DNA of 64,000 nucleotides from Clostridia bacterium (GTDB lineage: Bacteria; Bacillota; Clostridia; Oscillospirales; JAAYXM01), in contig JAFYQP010000053.1 of assembly GCA_017559855.1 (NCBI GenBank), positions 27,103 through 91,102 on the forward strand, written 5' to 3'. Both the position numbers and the translations under genes were made by a program. Of this stretch, positions 1 through 8,709 are shown one piece after another. Positions within the stretch are counted from its first letter, which is position 1. Each line of letters opens with the position of its first letter. The notes under the pieces are model-generated. The model did no database searches and had not been told where the DNA came from. It saw only the letters and a list, made by a program, of their open reading frames with translations.

Positions 1-465
1 TGTTTTAGACGGAGCAACACCTAAAAATTCATCTGTTGCAATAATGAACGGACGGATATAAAGGGATGTACCGTCATCCTCCGGAATCCAATCCTCGTCA
101 ACCTTAACGATAGCCTTTACTGCCTGAATGTAATCCTCTACCGGAATTTCCGGAATGCAGAGACGCTCATTACTCATATTGGAACGTTTTGCGTTCATAT
201 CAGGTCTGAAAAGTCTCGCCTTGCCGTCTGCACCTTTATATGCCTTGAGGCCTTCAAATATTTCCTGTCCATAGTGGAAAACCATACAAGAAGGATCAAG
301 GGATAATTTGCCGTAAGGAACGATGCGTGCATCGTGCCAACCCTTACCCTCGGTGTAGTTCATAATGAACATATGGTCGGTGAAAATTTTACCGAAACCA
401 AGTTTTGCACCTTTTGCAGGTTTTTCCTTAGGAGTGGTTGTTTTTTGAATCTTAATATCTAACAT
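1..465 (-). CDS. ilvE: branched-chain amino acid aminotransferase, N-terminal part (3' end outside window)
   Basis: Own minus-strand translation from ATG 463-465: MLDIKIQKTTTPKEKPAKGAKLGFGKIFTDHMFIMNYTEGKGWHDARIVPYGKLSLDP... GGAGG RBS (complement of 473-477). Absent from the ORF track because it runs off the window. Confidence 0.85.
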   Translation of the reverse strand, partial: MLDIKIQKTTTPKEKPAKGAKLGFGKIFTDHMFIMNYTEGKGWHDARIVPYGKLSLDPSCMVFHYGQEIFEGLKAYKGADGKARLFRPDMNAKRSNMSNERLCIPEIPVEDYIQAVKAIVKVDEDWIPEDDGTSLYIRPFIIATDEFLGVAPSKT

Positions 466-641
466 TTTAATTCCTCCCTGAATATCATTGAATTCATTAT
501 AGCACAATTTTCCCCGTGTGCAAACTAAATTTTGCATAGAATATCATTATTTTTTTGCTACATTTTCGTTACATTAACGCCTATACCCTTGTTTAGCACC
601 ATTTTTTATGATATACTCACTACATAAAGGAGGTGTTCGCC

Positions 642-1718
642 TTGAAAAGAGTGATTTCCTTACTCATCGCTTTGTCTTTCCTGCTTGTACCCATGTATAC
701 TTCTGCGGCAAACGAAGTTTTTGTCGGCATAAACAATGTAATGTTACCGCTTGACAACGCTATGCCGTTTTATTCAAATGGTGCATGGTATATTGATTAT
801 CTTGATTTTACACGTGGTGACCTTGGTATAAGTGCTTCGTACAACAAGGACCTTGGCACCGCTGTTTTATACAATTGGGACGTTACTCTTGTATTTAACG
901 TCGGCAAAGGTACCGCATACAAAGAAGGCGGTACGCAGTATAACCAACGCTCTTTTTTCCGAAATGGCACGGTTTACGTTCCCGCCGCTTTCGTTTCAGA
1001 ACAGTTTGGCGTTACCTTCTCACATATAAGCGAAGTAAACACCCTGCGTTTCCGCACAACTTCAAGTATGTCCGACACTATGTTTACATATATTGCAAAG
1101 AATCGTATCCCCGACCTTCTTGCGGCTTACAAGATGAGTCAGTCGGCTGCATCCCAGGACAATTCACCACCTGTAATCCAACCCGGAAATGACACAAACA
1201 CAGGAAGCGAAAACGATATTAAAAATAACGTTGTCTACATCACTGTAAATATCAAAAGTAGCGAGAAATTAAATGAAATCGCGACCGTTTTAACCAATTA
1301 CAACCTGCCCGCTACACTCTTTATATCAAAAGATGCAATGAAAGACGATAATTTAGTTCGTCGCTTATGTTCAAGCAGGAACTCAATCGGAATATTCGCA
1401 AACAGCACCGGCGAGGCATCCCTTGCAAACGACTTTCTTTTCGCCATTGCAAAAAGAAAAACACGTCTGCTTCGTGCCGACGGCAAACTCACCGATGCCG
1501 AGGTTAACGGCTACCGTCAATGGGGTGCGAGTCTTGATGCAAGATCAAGAAATGCCGCACAAACAAATAATATGCTTAACACAAGAAATAACACGGTTTT
1601 ATTGTTTGATGATTCCGAGGCATCCATTGCTCGTTTAAAATCGGTTCTCGCACATATAAACAAGCAAAAATTTGTTGTACGCACAATTGATATAATGACA
1701 AATCCCATTGCACCGTAA
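642..1718 (+). CDS. secreted protein: copper-amine-oxidase-N-like stalk domain plus degenerate NodB (polysaccharide deacetylase-like) domain
   Basis: AAGGAGG at 627-633 then TTG at 642. Signal peptide LLIALSFLLVPMYTSA. N-terminal repeat pattern typical of CuAO-N stalk domains. The C-terminal part aligns by eye to the NodB fold, but TFDDG is replaced by TVNIK and the His-His motif is absent. Confidence 0.55.
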   Translation: MKRVISLLIALSFLLVPMYTSAANEVFVGINNVMLPLDNAMPFYSNGAWYIDYLDFTRGDLGISASYNKDLGTAVLYNWDVTLVFNVGKGTAYKEGGTQYNQRSFFRNGTVYVPAAFVSEQFGVTFSHISEVNTLRFRTTSSMSDTMFTYIAKNRIPDLLAAYKMSQSAASQDNSPPVIQPGNDTNTGSENDIKNNVVYITVNIKSSEKLNEIATVLTNYNLPATLFISKDAMKDDNLVRRLCSSRNSIGIFANSTGEASLANDFLFAIAKRKTRLLRADGKLTDAEVNGYRQWGASLDARSRNAAQTNNMLNTRNNTVLLFDDSEASIARLKSVLAHINKQKFVVRTIDIMTNPIAP

Positions 1719-1728
1719 GGAGAAACTT

Positions 1729-2754
1729 ATGCATATCAAGAAAAATACGGAAACATTTCCCTTACTTGATGACTTCACCAGATACCTGGCAACGGTCGGC
1801 GGTCGCTCACCCAAGACTTGCGACGAATATTACCTTGACCTTCGTCTCTTTTTCAGGTATATGAAGTGGTTTTTCGGAATGGTTCCACAGGATAAAATCG
1901 ATGAACTTGACACTATTGACATTGGGGATATTGATTTAAGTCTGATTACCCGCATTAAGCTTACCGACGTTTATGCGTATCTTGACTATTTAGCACGTGA
2001 CCGTGCCGTACACCCTAACAGTACAAACTCCAAACGAGGACTATCTGCAACCAGTCGTGCGAGGAAAATAGCATCAATCCGTGCTTTCTACAAATATCTT
2101 GAAAAGAAAGCGCGTGTTATAGAAACAAATCCTATGAGCGACCTTGAAACGCCTAAAATCCGCAGATCCCTGCCTAAGTACCTGAGTCTCAAGGAGAGTG
2201 TTTCACTTCTTGAACACATAGACGGTGAGTTTCGTGAACGTGACTATTGCATAATCACTTTCTTCTTAAATTGTGGTCTGCGTGTATCCGAACTTTGCGG
2301 TATTGATTTGACTGATATCCGCGAGGACTCCCTGCGTGTTGTCGGCAAAGGTAACAAAGAGCGTGTTGTGTTTTTAAATGAAGCGTGTATAAACGCACTT
2401 AACACGTATCTGCAAATAAGAAAGCAATTAAAGGAAATCCGTCCTATTGACAGAAATGCACTTTTTATCAGCAAACACAAAAAACGAATTTCAACAGAGA
2501 CGGTTAAGTGGCTTGTTAAAAAATACTGCAGTTGGGCGGGACTTGATCCCAAAATTTCAGTACACAAACTTCGCCATACTTCAGCAACTCTAATGTATCG
2601 TAATGGTGTTGACGTCCGTGTATTACAGGAGATTCTGGGGCACCAGAATTTAAACACAACAGAGATCTATACACACGTCGAGGAAGAAGATTTAAGAACC
2701 GCCGCACGTGTTAATCCCCTTGCGACAATTAAACAAGATGACAAAAAGAGTTAA
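1729..2754 (+). CDS. tyrosine site-specific recombinase, XerC/XerD family
   Basis: AAGGAG RBS then ATG 1729. Motifs: GLRVSELCGI (Arg), HKLRHTSAT (H-x-x-R), LGHQNLNTTEIYTHV (His...Tyr nucleophile). Confidence 0.85.
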   Translation: MHIKKNTETFPLLDDFTRYLATVGGRSPKTCDEYYLDLRLFFRYMKWFFGMVPQDKIDELDTIDIGDIDLSLITRIKLTDVYAYLDYLARDRAVHPNSTNSKRGLSATSRARKIASIRAFYKYLEKKARVIETNPMSDLETPKIRRSLPKYLSLKESVSLLEHIDGEFRERDYCIITFFLNCGLRVSELCGIDLTDIREDSLRVVGKGNKERVVFLNEACINALNTYLQIRKQLKEIRPIDRNALFISKHKKRISTETVKWLVKKYCSWAGLDPKISVHKLRHTSATLMYRNGVDVRVLQEILGHQNLNTTEIYTHVEEEDLRTAARVNPLATIKQDDKKS

Positions 2755-2778
2755 GGAATCATCCTTAACTCTTTTTCT
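2747..2778 (+). terminator. intrinsic terminator after the xer-like gene
   Basis: AGAGTTAAGGA-atca-TCCTTAACTCT stem-loop followed by TTTTCT. It overlaps the stop codon. Confidence 0.7.
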
Positions 2779-2828
2779 GTATATTTTTTGTTTTTTGTCA
2801 AACAATATGTCCAGGAGGCGATATTGAA

Positions 2829-3356
2829 ATGAAAAAAATTATACTTTTAACGCTGGTCTGTTCCTTAATTCTTTGTGGTTGCGGCACAAAGGACATGGCA
2901 AACAAAGAAATGGCATCCCTTGATGATATTGCGACAACAATCACCGATGAAATGAAAGCCGGACTTATAAATATGGGCGTTGCGGTTGAGGATGATTTCG
3001 CAAATGGTGCCATGCCGTCATATAGTGTTATGCGTTTAAATGATGAAAATTTTCAACTGCCTATAGAATACGATAAAAACAAGTTGGAAGATGCACTTGT
3101 CATCACCCATAATATGAACGTGAAAAGCGATATGATTGTTGTCTTTAAAGCAAAGACCGACGCCGATATTCCTGAGGTTGAAAATTACGTAAATAAACTA
3201 CGTGACGAACAATACAAAACCTGGGAAAATTATTTACCCGACCAGTTTGAAAAAGTAAAACAGAATATGACAAAAACCTTGGGACGCTACGTTATATATG
3301 TAACACATGACGAACCGCAGAATATAACTTCAGCAGTAGAGCGGTTATTTAAATAG
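2829..3356 (+). CDS. small lipoprotein, DUF4358-like (family label from memory)
   Basis: Signal/lipobox MKKIILLTLVCSLILCGC. The core MIVVFKAKTD...LGRYVIYV is paralogous by eye to the C-terminal domain of 47885-48661. Confidence 0.6.
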   Translation: MKKIILLTLVCSLILCGCGTKDMANKEMASLDDIATTITDEMKAGLINMGVAVEDDFANGAMPSYSVMRLNDENFQLPIEYDKNKLEDALVITHNMNVKSDMIVVFKAKTDADIPEVENYVNKLRDEQYKTWENYLPDQFEKVKQNMTKTLGRYVIYVTHDEPQNITSAVERLFK

Positions 3357-3383
3357 AGGAGACTTTCGTCTCCTCTATTTTTC
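3353..3383. terminator. bidirectional hairpin shared by convergent genes
   Basis: ATAGAGGAGAC-tttc-GTCTCCTCTAT then TTTTT. The stop codons of both convergent genes (TAG 3354-3356, complement-TAG 3375-3377) lie inside the two arms. Confidence 0.75.
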
Positions 3384-4061
3384 ATTGAATCCTTCTTTTA
3401 GTTTTGATAATGCTTTTGTCTCAATTCTTGACACATATGAGCGAGAAATTTTACATATTTCCGCAATCTCACGTTGAGTTTTTGGAGCAACGTTAAAAAG
3501 CCCGTACCGAAGAGCAATAATCTCCCGTTCCCGCTTATCAAGTTTTTTATTTATAAGACGATGTAATTTAAGTATTGTATCGTGTATGTCAACACGCTCC
3601 AAGTCCTCACAATCGTCACTTATCACGTCCATGAGTGCAAGTGTATTCCCCTCTTTATCCCGCTCAATTGCATCAGACAAAGATACCTCGTTTGCCTGCT
3701 TTTTTCTCGCCCTGAAATGCATAAGGATTTCATTTTCAATGCAACGTGCAGCATAAGTTGCAAGACGTGTTCCCTTTGTAGGTTTAAACGTGCTCACGCC
3801 CTTTATAAGTCCGATTGTTCCGATTGAAATCAAATCCTCCTGATCAACCGCAGTATAGTACTTTTTAATAACGTGGGCAACAAGACGCAGGTTGTGTTCA
3901 ATGAGTTTATTCCGTGCATCCATATCACCCTGTGCCATAAGTTCAAGATATTTCTGCTCCTCACTTGCACTAAGTGCTTTCGGAAAAGAACCGTTTGAAA
4001 CAAAAAGTGCAAAGCAAAAACTATTTGCCGCAAGTGCCAATAAAGATGAAATAACAGGCAA
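3375..4061 (-). CDS. sigK: RNA polymerase sporulation sigma factor K, pro-form, uninterrupted
   Basis: TTG start 8 nt after AAAGGAGA. Aligns by eye to B. subtilis SigK: FPKALSASEEQKYLELMAQGD, LIEHNLRLVAHVIKKY, DLISIGTIGLIKG, ATYAARCIENEILMHFR, ISRSYVSRIE. Hydrophobic ~20-aa N-terminal pro-sequence MPVISSLLALAANSFCFALF. Confidence 0.9.
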   Translation of the reverse strand: MPVISSLLALAANSFCFALFVSNGSFPKALSASEEQKYLELMAQGDMDARNKLIEHNLRLVAHVIKKYYTAVDQEDLISIGTIGLIKGVSTFKPTKGTRLATYAARCIENEILMHFRARKKQANEVSLSDAIERDKEGNTLALMDVISDDCEDLERVDIHDTILKLHRLINKKLDKREREIIALRYGLFNVAPKTQREIAEICKISRSYVSRIETKALSKLKEGFNEK

Positions 4062-4130
4062 AAAACCATCTCCTTTAACTCTAATCTACGCTAAAGGATT
4101 TGTTTTTCTGCCTGTCTTATTATTTTAGGA

Positions 4131-4943
4131 TTAGCCCCTATTTCGTATGTAATGGAAAATATATTGTTGCGCTACACCTGCATACCGACCGAAATCCGGT
4201 GTCGTATCCTCAAAAAAATCTTTCTGTGCCCGCTTCATCCATACATCCACGGGATAAGCATCAAGTTTTCCCATGCCGAAAAGCAAAGTGCAATCTGCAA
4301 CCTTATTACCAACACCTTCAAATTCGAGAAGTTTTTCTCGTGCGTCTCTGGTAGGAAGTTTTGCAATCTCATAAAGATCAACCTCTCCGTTTGCTATACG
4401 ACGGGCAGCATCTAAAATGTACTTTGCACGATAGCCCGAACGAAGTGGTTCTAAATCTTCGAGTGTAAGACTTGCAATTCTTTCTGCATCGGGGAAGGAA
4501 TTGCGTTTTATATCCCCAAACGTAACCTCATTGCCGAAAAGAGCACACATTCTCTCGATAATTCCTCGAATTCTGGGAATATTATTGCACTGTGAAATTA
4601 TGAAAGATACAAGTGCCTCCCACGGTTCTTGCTTTAATATGCGGATACCTCTGCCGAAATTTATCGCCTCTTGCATTTGATTTGAATTGTTAAATGAATT
4701 TATCACTTCATCATAATTTAACGAAAGATCAAAGTAGTCTGACCAGAAAGTGTCAAAATCATCGGGGTTGCAATATATTTTTGTAATGTTGTCCTCACGC
4801 ACTACCCTTGCAATTTTACCACCCGCAATACCCACGCCTTCATTGTCCCATCTGAAGCATTGTCCGCAATCAAAGACAAGTGAGGGTGTAAAGTCATCGC
4901 AGTTATGGATTTCAACAAGTCCCTCTTTTTTAATAATTTTCAT
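4131..4943 (-). CDS. ogg: 8-oxoguanine DNA glycosylase / HhH-GPD family DNA glycosylase
   Basis: 270 aa. The N-terminal DCGQCFRWD motif and the HhH-GPD region (LLEFEGVGNKVADCTLLFG...PVDVW) are typical of bacterial Ogg. Confidence 0.75.
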   Translation of the reverse strand: MKIIKKEGLVEIHNCDDFTPSLVFDCGQCFRWDNEGVGIAGGKIARVVREDNITKIYCNPDDFDTFWSDYFDLSLNYDEVINSFNNSNQMQEAINFGRGIRILKQEPWEALVSFIISQCNNIPRIRGIIERMCALFGNEVTFGDIKRNSFPDAERIASLTLEDLEPLRSGYRAKYILDAARRIANGEVDLYEIAKLPTRDAREKLLEFEGVGNKVADCTLLFGMGKLDAYPVDVWMKRAQKDFFEDTTPDFGRYAGVAQQYIFHYIRNRG

Positions 4944-5017
4944 CGGTATACTCCTTGCATTATCTCAAATTTCTTGATAAAATTATAATACACTTTTTTG
5001 TTATGAGGTGCAAGTTA

Positions 5018-5689
5018 ATGGAAACAATTTATACAATTCCCATACATGAAGCATATGAGGTCAAATGCGGTTGTCCCTTATGCAAACTTGAGGATGACCT
5101 TGAGATTGCATCTCTTGAATACGTAATGGGTGCGGCTATGATGGAGCCTGACGTGCGTATTGAGACAAACCGCTACGGCTTCTGCAAAAAGCATTTCCGT
5201 GATATGCTTTCCATGCAGAAAAAACTGCCATTGGCACTTGTTCTCGAAAGTCACACGAAGGAACTTCTGTCAGCCCTTACCCAACAGAAGATCGGCAAGA
5301 AGGAGTTTCCCGCACTTGCGGACAAAATAAGCACTGCAGTTGATGACTGCTATGTGTGCAGACAACTTAAAGACAGACTTTCAAAGTATTATTCAAACGT
5401 AATTCATCTTTGGTTGGTTGATCCCGAATTCAAGGACCTCACCCGTGAGCAGGAATATTTCTGCCCACATCACCTCGCAGGACTTCTCTCATTTGCCAAA
5501 AAAGAACTTCCTAAAAAATTCTTTGCAGATTTCTATAAGGATCACACGGAAAAAACCGCAGCACTTTTAGAAAAACTTTCTTCAAACGTTTCTAAGTTTG
5601 CAAAAAGTTTTGACCACCGTTTTGCAAATGATCCGTTGGGAGATGCAAAAACCGCAATTGAAGATGCAATTGACTTTTTAAGTAAATAG
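5018..5689 (+). CDS. Cys-rich hypothetical protein (DUF6062-like, label from memory)
   Basis: GAGGTG RBS then ATG 5018. Two Cys/His clusters: CGCPLC...C-x2-H and CYVC...C-x-HH. Confidence 0.5.
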   Translation: METIYTIPIHEAYEVKCGCPLCKLEDDLEIASLEYVMGAAMMEPDVRIETNRYGFCKKHFRDMLSMQKKLPLALVLESHTKELLSALTQQKIGKKEFPALADKISTAVDDCYVCRQLKDRLSKYYSNVIHLWLVDPEFKDLTREQEYFCPHHLAGLLSFAKKELPKKFFADFYKDHTEKTAALLEKLSSNVSKFAKSFDHRFANDPLGDAKTAIEDAIDFLSK

Positions 5690-5722
5690 AAAAACGGCGA
5701 AACATAGTTTCGCCGTTTTTCT
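5688..5722. terminator. bidirectional intrinsic terminator
   Basis: AACGGCGAAAC-ata-GTTTCGCCGTT flanked by an A-run and a T-run. Confidence 0.8.
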
Positions 5723-6071
5723 AACTTCCGTAATCTTCAAGACGCATTGCGAGTTCAATATCCCCTATTACCGTAACACCAAGTGTCAGTTGCTCATGAT
5801 CGAAATTACAAAGGGAATGTTCCGATATGTCGGTTATTTGCACAGGCATATTACTTCCATCACGAAAAACTGCTATTTTTCCATCATATAATTTCAGGAA
5901 ATACTTTGTATCTGTTACTTGTTCAGGCACGGTAATATTCTTGTTCACTTCACTTGTTTTTTGTAAATGCAGAATACCATTTGCTATAAATGCGGTCATA
6001 ATAAAGAAAAGGCAAATCACTATCGTCATATTTCTCTTTGAAAAAGCAACTTTTCCCCTCACTAAATTCAT
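5721..6071 (-). CDS. small single-pass membrane protein, unknown function
   Basis: 116-aa ORF with one TM helix (IVICLFFIMTAFIANGILHL). Extracytoplasmic domain YFLKLYDGKIAVF...LEDYGS. Divergent from PBP1A. Confidence 0.5.
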   Translation of the reverse strand: MNLVRGKVAFSKRNMTIVICLFFIMTAFIANGILHLQKTSEVNKNITVPEQVTDTKYFLKLYDGKIAVFRDGSNMPVQITDISEHSLCNFDHEQLTLGVTVIGDIELAMRLEDYGS

Positions 6072-6208
6072 CCTTTCACTTGTACTTATATGAAATTTTA
6101 CCCTTTTACCTTTATTTTATACTTTTTTAATTTTTTTGGTGCAAATTGGAAAAAAGTGTGTTATAATTATGGTGTATGATTATATACCCTTCTTGGAGGT
6201 GTTGTTTC

Positions 6209-8653
6209 TTGAAAAAAAGGACATCTAAAAAGAAAAAAAAGAATACATTGTTTAAGTTCATATTAAAAACAATCGGCTTGATCGTTCTCTGCACCTTTGC
6301 CATTTGTTTAGTCGCCTTCGGTGTCTATCTACTAACTCTTGATTCCACCGTAGACATCGGCGTCGAGACCATGAATTTAAACTATACCTCTACCGTGTGC
6401 TACGTGGATGATTCCGGTGTTGAGCACGAGTACGAAGACCTATACGCTACCCAGAACCGATCCTGGGTTGATCTGGAAAATATGCCAAAGCACCTTAAAT
6501 ATGCCGCTATTGCTATCGAGGATGAGCGTTTCGAGTCACATAACGGCGTTGACTGGTACAGAACTTTCGGTGCTGCCGCCAACCTTTTCCTTAATATGCG
6601 TAGTGACTTCGGTGGTTCAACAATCACTCAGCAGCTTATCAAAAACCTTACCGGTGACAAGCGGGACACCGTACGCCGTAAATTACAGGAAATTATGCGT
6701 GCTCTTTATATCGAGCGACACTACTCAAAAGATACAATTATTGAACTGTATTTAAACACGATTTATTTAAGCCAGGGTTGTTATGGCGTGTCCACCGCCG
6801 CTGAGGTGTATTTTGACAAGGACGTTTCGGAACTTACTCTTGCCGAATGTGCGTCCCTTGTTGGCATTACAAACCTACCGACATATTACGATCCGTTCAT
6901 AAACCCCGACAACAACTTAAAGCGTCAGAGAAATACTCTTGCCAAAATGCTTGAAATCGGTTCCATTACCCAAGAGGAATACGATGAGGCTATCGCTCAG
7001 GAACTCGTTTTCAAGAAAAAGAGCAAAGAGGAACGAATTGACAGTAATATTCAATCCTATTTTGTAGATCAGGTAATTGAAGACGTTATTGATGACCTCA
7101 TGGAGGAGCAAGGTCTCTCCTATCAGGTTGCAGAACGAATGATTTTCTCCGGTGGTCTTAAGATCTATGCTACCATCGACCCGAAGGTTCAGTCCGCAAT
7201 GGAAGATGTTTTCGAAAATGATGACAACTATCCCACCGCAAGCGGCAAAGGAAAACCGGAATGTGCAATGGTTGTTATGGATCCTTACACCGGTGAAGTT
7301 CGAGGCATTGTCGGCGGCCGTGGAAGAAAAACCCAGAATCGCGGTTGGAACCGTGCAACACAAACTTTCCGTCAACCGGGAAGTTCTATTAAGCCGATTG
7401 CAGTATACGCACCCGCCGTTGAATACGGTCTCATTAATCCGCAGACCGCTATGGATGACTCTCCTTTCACTGTATTAAACGGAAAAGCATATCCCAAAAA
7501 TGAGACGCAACGTTATCAGGGCCGTATGACAATAACCAAAGCTCTTATGGAATCAATTAACACCATTTCCGTTAAAACGTTAAATGAACTCACTCCTGAG
7601 AGATCCTTTAACTTTATGACAACCAACTTAGGTTTCTCTAAACTCAATAAGAAGTCCGACAAGAACTTGGCACCACTTGCACTTGGCGGTCTTACAACAG
7701 GTGTCTCCACAATGGAGATGGCTGCCGCTTATTCATCTTTTGTAAATCAAGGCACTTACATTGAACCTCACACATATACCAAGGTCCTTGACAATCAGGG
7801 CAACGTTATTTTACAGAAAAAGCCCCACGTTGTTGACGCAATGAGTTCCAAAACCGCATCATATATGAACTATATGTTATCCAAAGTTATGGGTCCGGGC
7901 GGTACCGGTAACCTTGCAAAACTTAACAACAACATGCCCGCCGCAGGCAAAACCGGTACTACCGACGACGATAAGGACCGTTGGTACGTAGGATACACTC
8001 CTTATTACAGTGCCGCCGTATGGTATGGGTATGACCAACCGAAAACCATTGCAAAAGGTCTGTCCCCCGCACTAACTACCTGGAAAAAGGTAATGAATGC
8101 GATACACAAGGACCTTCCCAACAAGAATTTCGATTACGGCGATGATTTCAAGTATGTAAACGTCTGCTCATGCAGTGGTCTTTTACCCAATGAATACTGC
8201 AGAAGCGATATTCGCGGAACACAGGTAATTGCAGGATTTTTCCACAAAGACGATGTTCCTACCAAACGTTGCACGGTGCATACCGGCGTTGATCTCGATA
8301 GTGCAACGATGCAGAAACCCACCGAATTCTGCCCTGCGGGTAACATAAAAACCTTTGGTCTTTTAAACCTCTCCCGCTCTTTCCCTTTATCGGGTATTGT
8401 GGTTGGTGATGAGCAGTATGCGATACACACCGAAGCCCCCAAGAGTGGCGAGTTCTATTTTGCATCACCTAAGACAACGATAAACGAAACCTGCTCCGCT
8501 CACTCATCCGCCCCCATAACTCAACCGAGTGATGATGAGCCGACGGATGAAGACGATGCAGAAACAACGGATGACACGACAACCGAAGATCAAGTTGAGG
8601 ATGAAAGCACGGTTGACGATGAATCCGATTCAAGCGAAGATCCTGCCGCATAA
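6209..8653 (+). CDS. class A penicillin-binding protein (transglycosylase/transpeptidase, PBP1A-type)
   Basis: GGAGGTG RBS then TTG 6209. GT51 motifs AAIAIEDERF and GGSTITQQL. TP motifs SSIKP and KTGTT. Asp/Glu/Thr-rich C-terminal tail. Confidence 0.9.
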   Translation: MKKRTSKKKKKNTLFKFILKTIGLIVLCTFAICLVAFGVYLLTLDSTVDIGVETMNLNYTSTVCYVDDSGVEHEYEDLYATQNRSWVDLENMPKHLKYAAIAIEDERFESHNGVDWYRTFGAAANLFLNMRSDFGGSTITQQLIKNLTGDKRDTVRRKLQEIMRALYIERHYSKDTIIELYLNTIYLSQGCYGVSTAAEVYFDKDVSELTLAECASLVGITNLPTYYDPFINPDNNLKRQRNTLAKMLEIGSITQEEYDEAIAQELVFKKKSKEERIDSNIQSYFVDQVIEDVIDDLMEEQGLSYQVAERMIFSGGLKIYATIDPKVQSAMEDVFENDDNYPTASGKGKPECAMVVMDPYTGEVRGIVGGRGRKTQNRGWNRATQTFRQPGSSIKPIAVYAPAVEYGLINPQTAMDDSPFTVLNGKAYPKNETQRYQGRMTITKALMESINTISVKTLNELTPERSFNFMTTNLGFSKLNKKSDKNLAPLALGGLTTGVSTMEMAAAYSSFVNQGTYIEPHTYTKVLDNQGNVILQKKPHVVDAMSSKTASYMNYMLSKVMGPGGTGNLAKLNNNMPAAGKTGTTDDDKDRWYVGYTPYYSAAVWYGYDQPKTIAKGLSPALTTWKKVMNAIHKDLPNKNFDYGDDFKYVNVCSCSGLLPNEYCRSDIRGTQVIAGFFHKDDVPTKRCTVHTGVDLDSATMQKPTEFCPAGNIKTFGLLNLSRSFPLSGIVVGDEQYAIHTEAPKSGEFYFASPKTTINETCSAHSSAPITQPSDDEPTDEDDAETTDDTTTEDQVEDESTVDDESDSSEDPAA

Positions 8654-8709
8654 TTTAATGATGGTGCTGTTCATTTACGGACAGCACCATTTAACAGAGG
8701 AGAAATTAA

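Noticed and set aside
1729-2754. Xer-type recombinase as a marker of an integrated mobile element or a sigK skin-like excision system
   Set aside because: I could see no flanking direct or inverted repeats, no phage or transposon genes nearby, and sigK is intact. The skin recombinase is a serine recombinase, not a tyrosine recombinase. This is most simply a chromosomal XerC/D paralogue.
4142-4149. CATACGAA (minus strand) as a sigmaE/sigmaK -10 element for sigK
   Set aside because: The -10-like octamer sits inside the 3' end of ogg, and no acceptable -35 is found. GCAACAA at 14 nt matches only 5/7, and the ATA-containing alternatives give 8-10-nt spacers. This is too weak to call.
6072-6110. 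CATATAAG as a sporulation-type -10 element for the small membrane protein gene 5721-6071
   Set aside because: It lies only 13 nt from the ATG, which leaves no room for a leader and RBS, and no matching -35 is present.
8654-8709. Hairpin ATGGTGCTGT...ACAGCACCAT after PBP1A as a terminator
   Set aside because: The stem is good but is followed by TTAACAGAGG rather than a T-run. It may be a weak terminator or an RNA stability element, and it is not confident enough to annotate.
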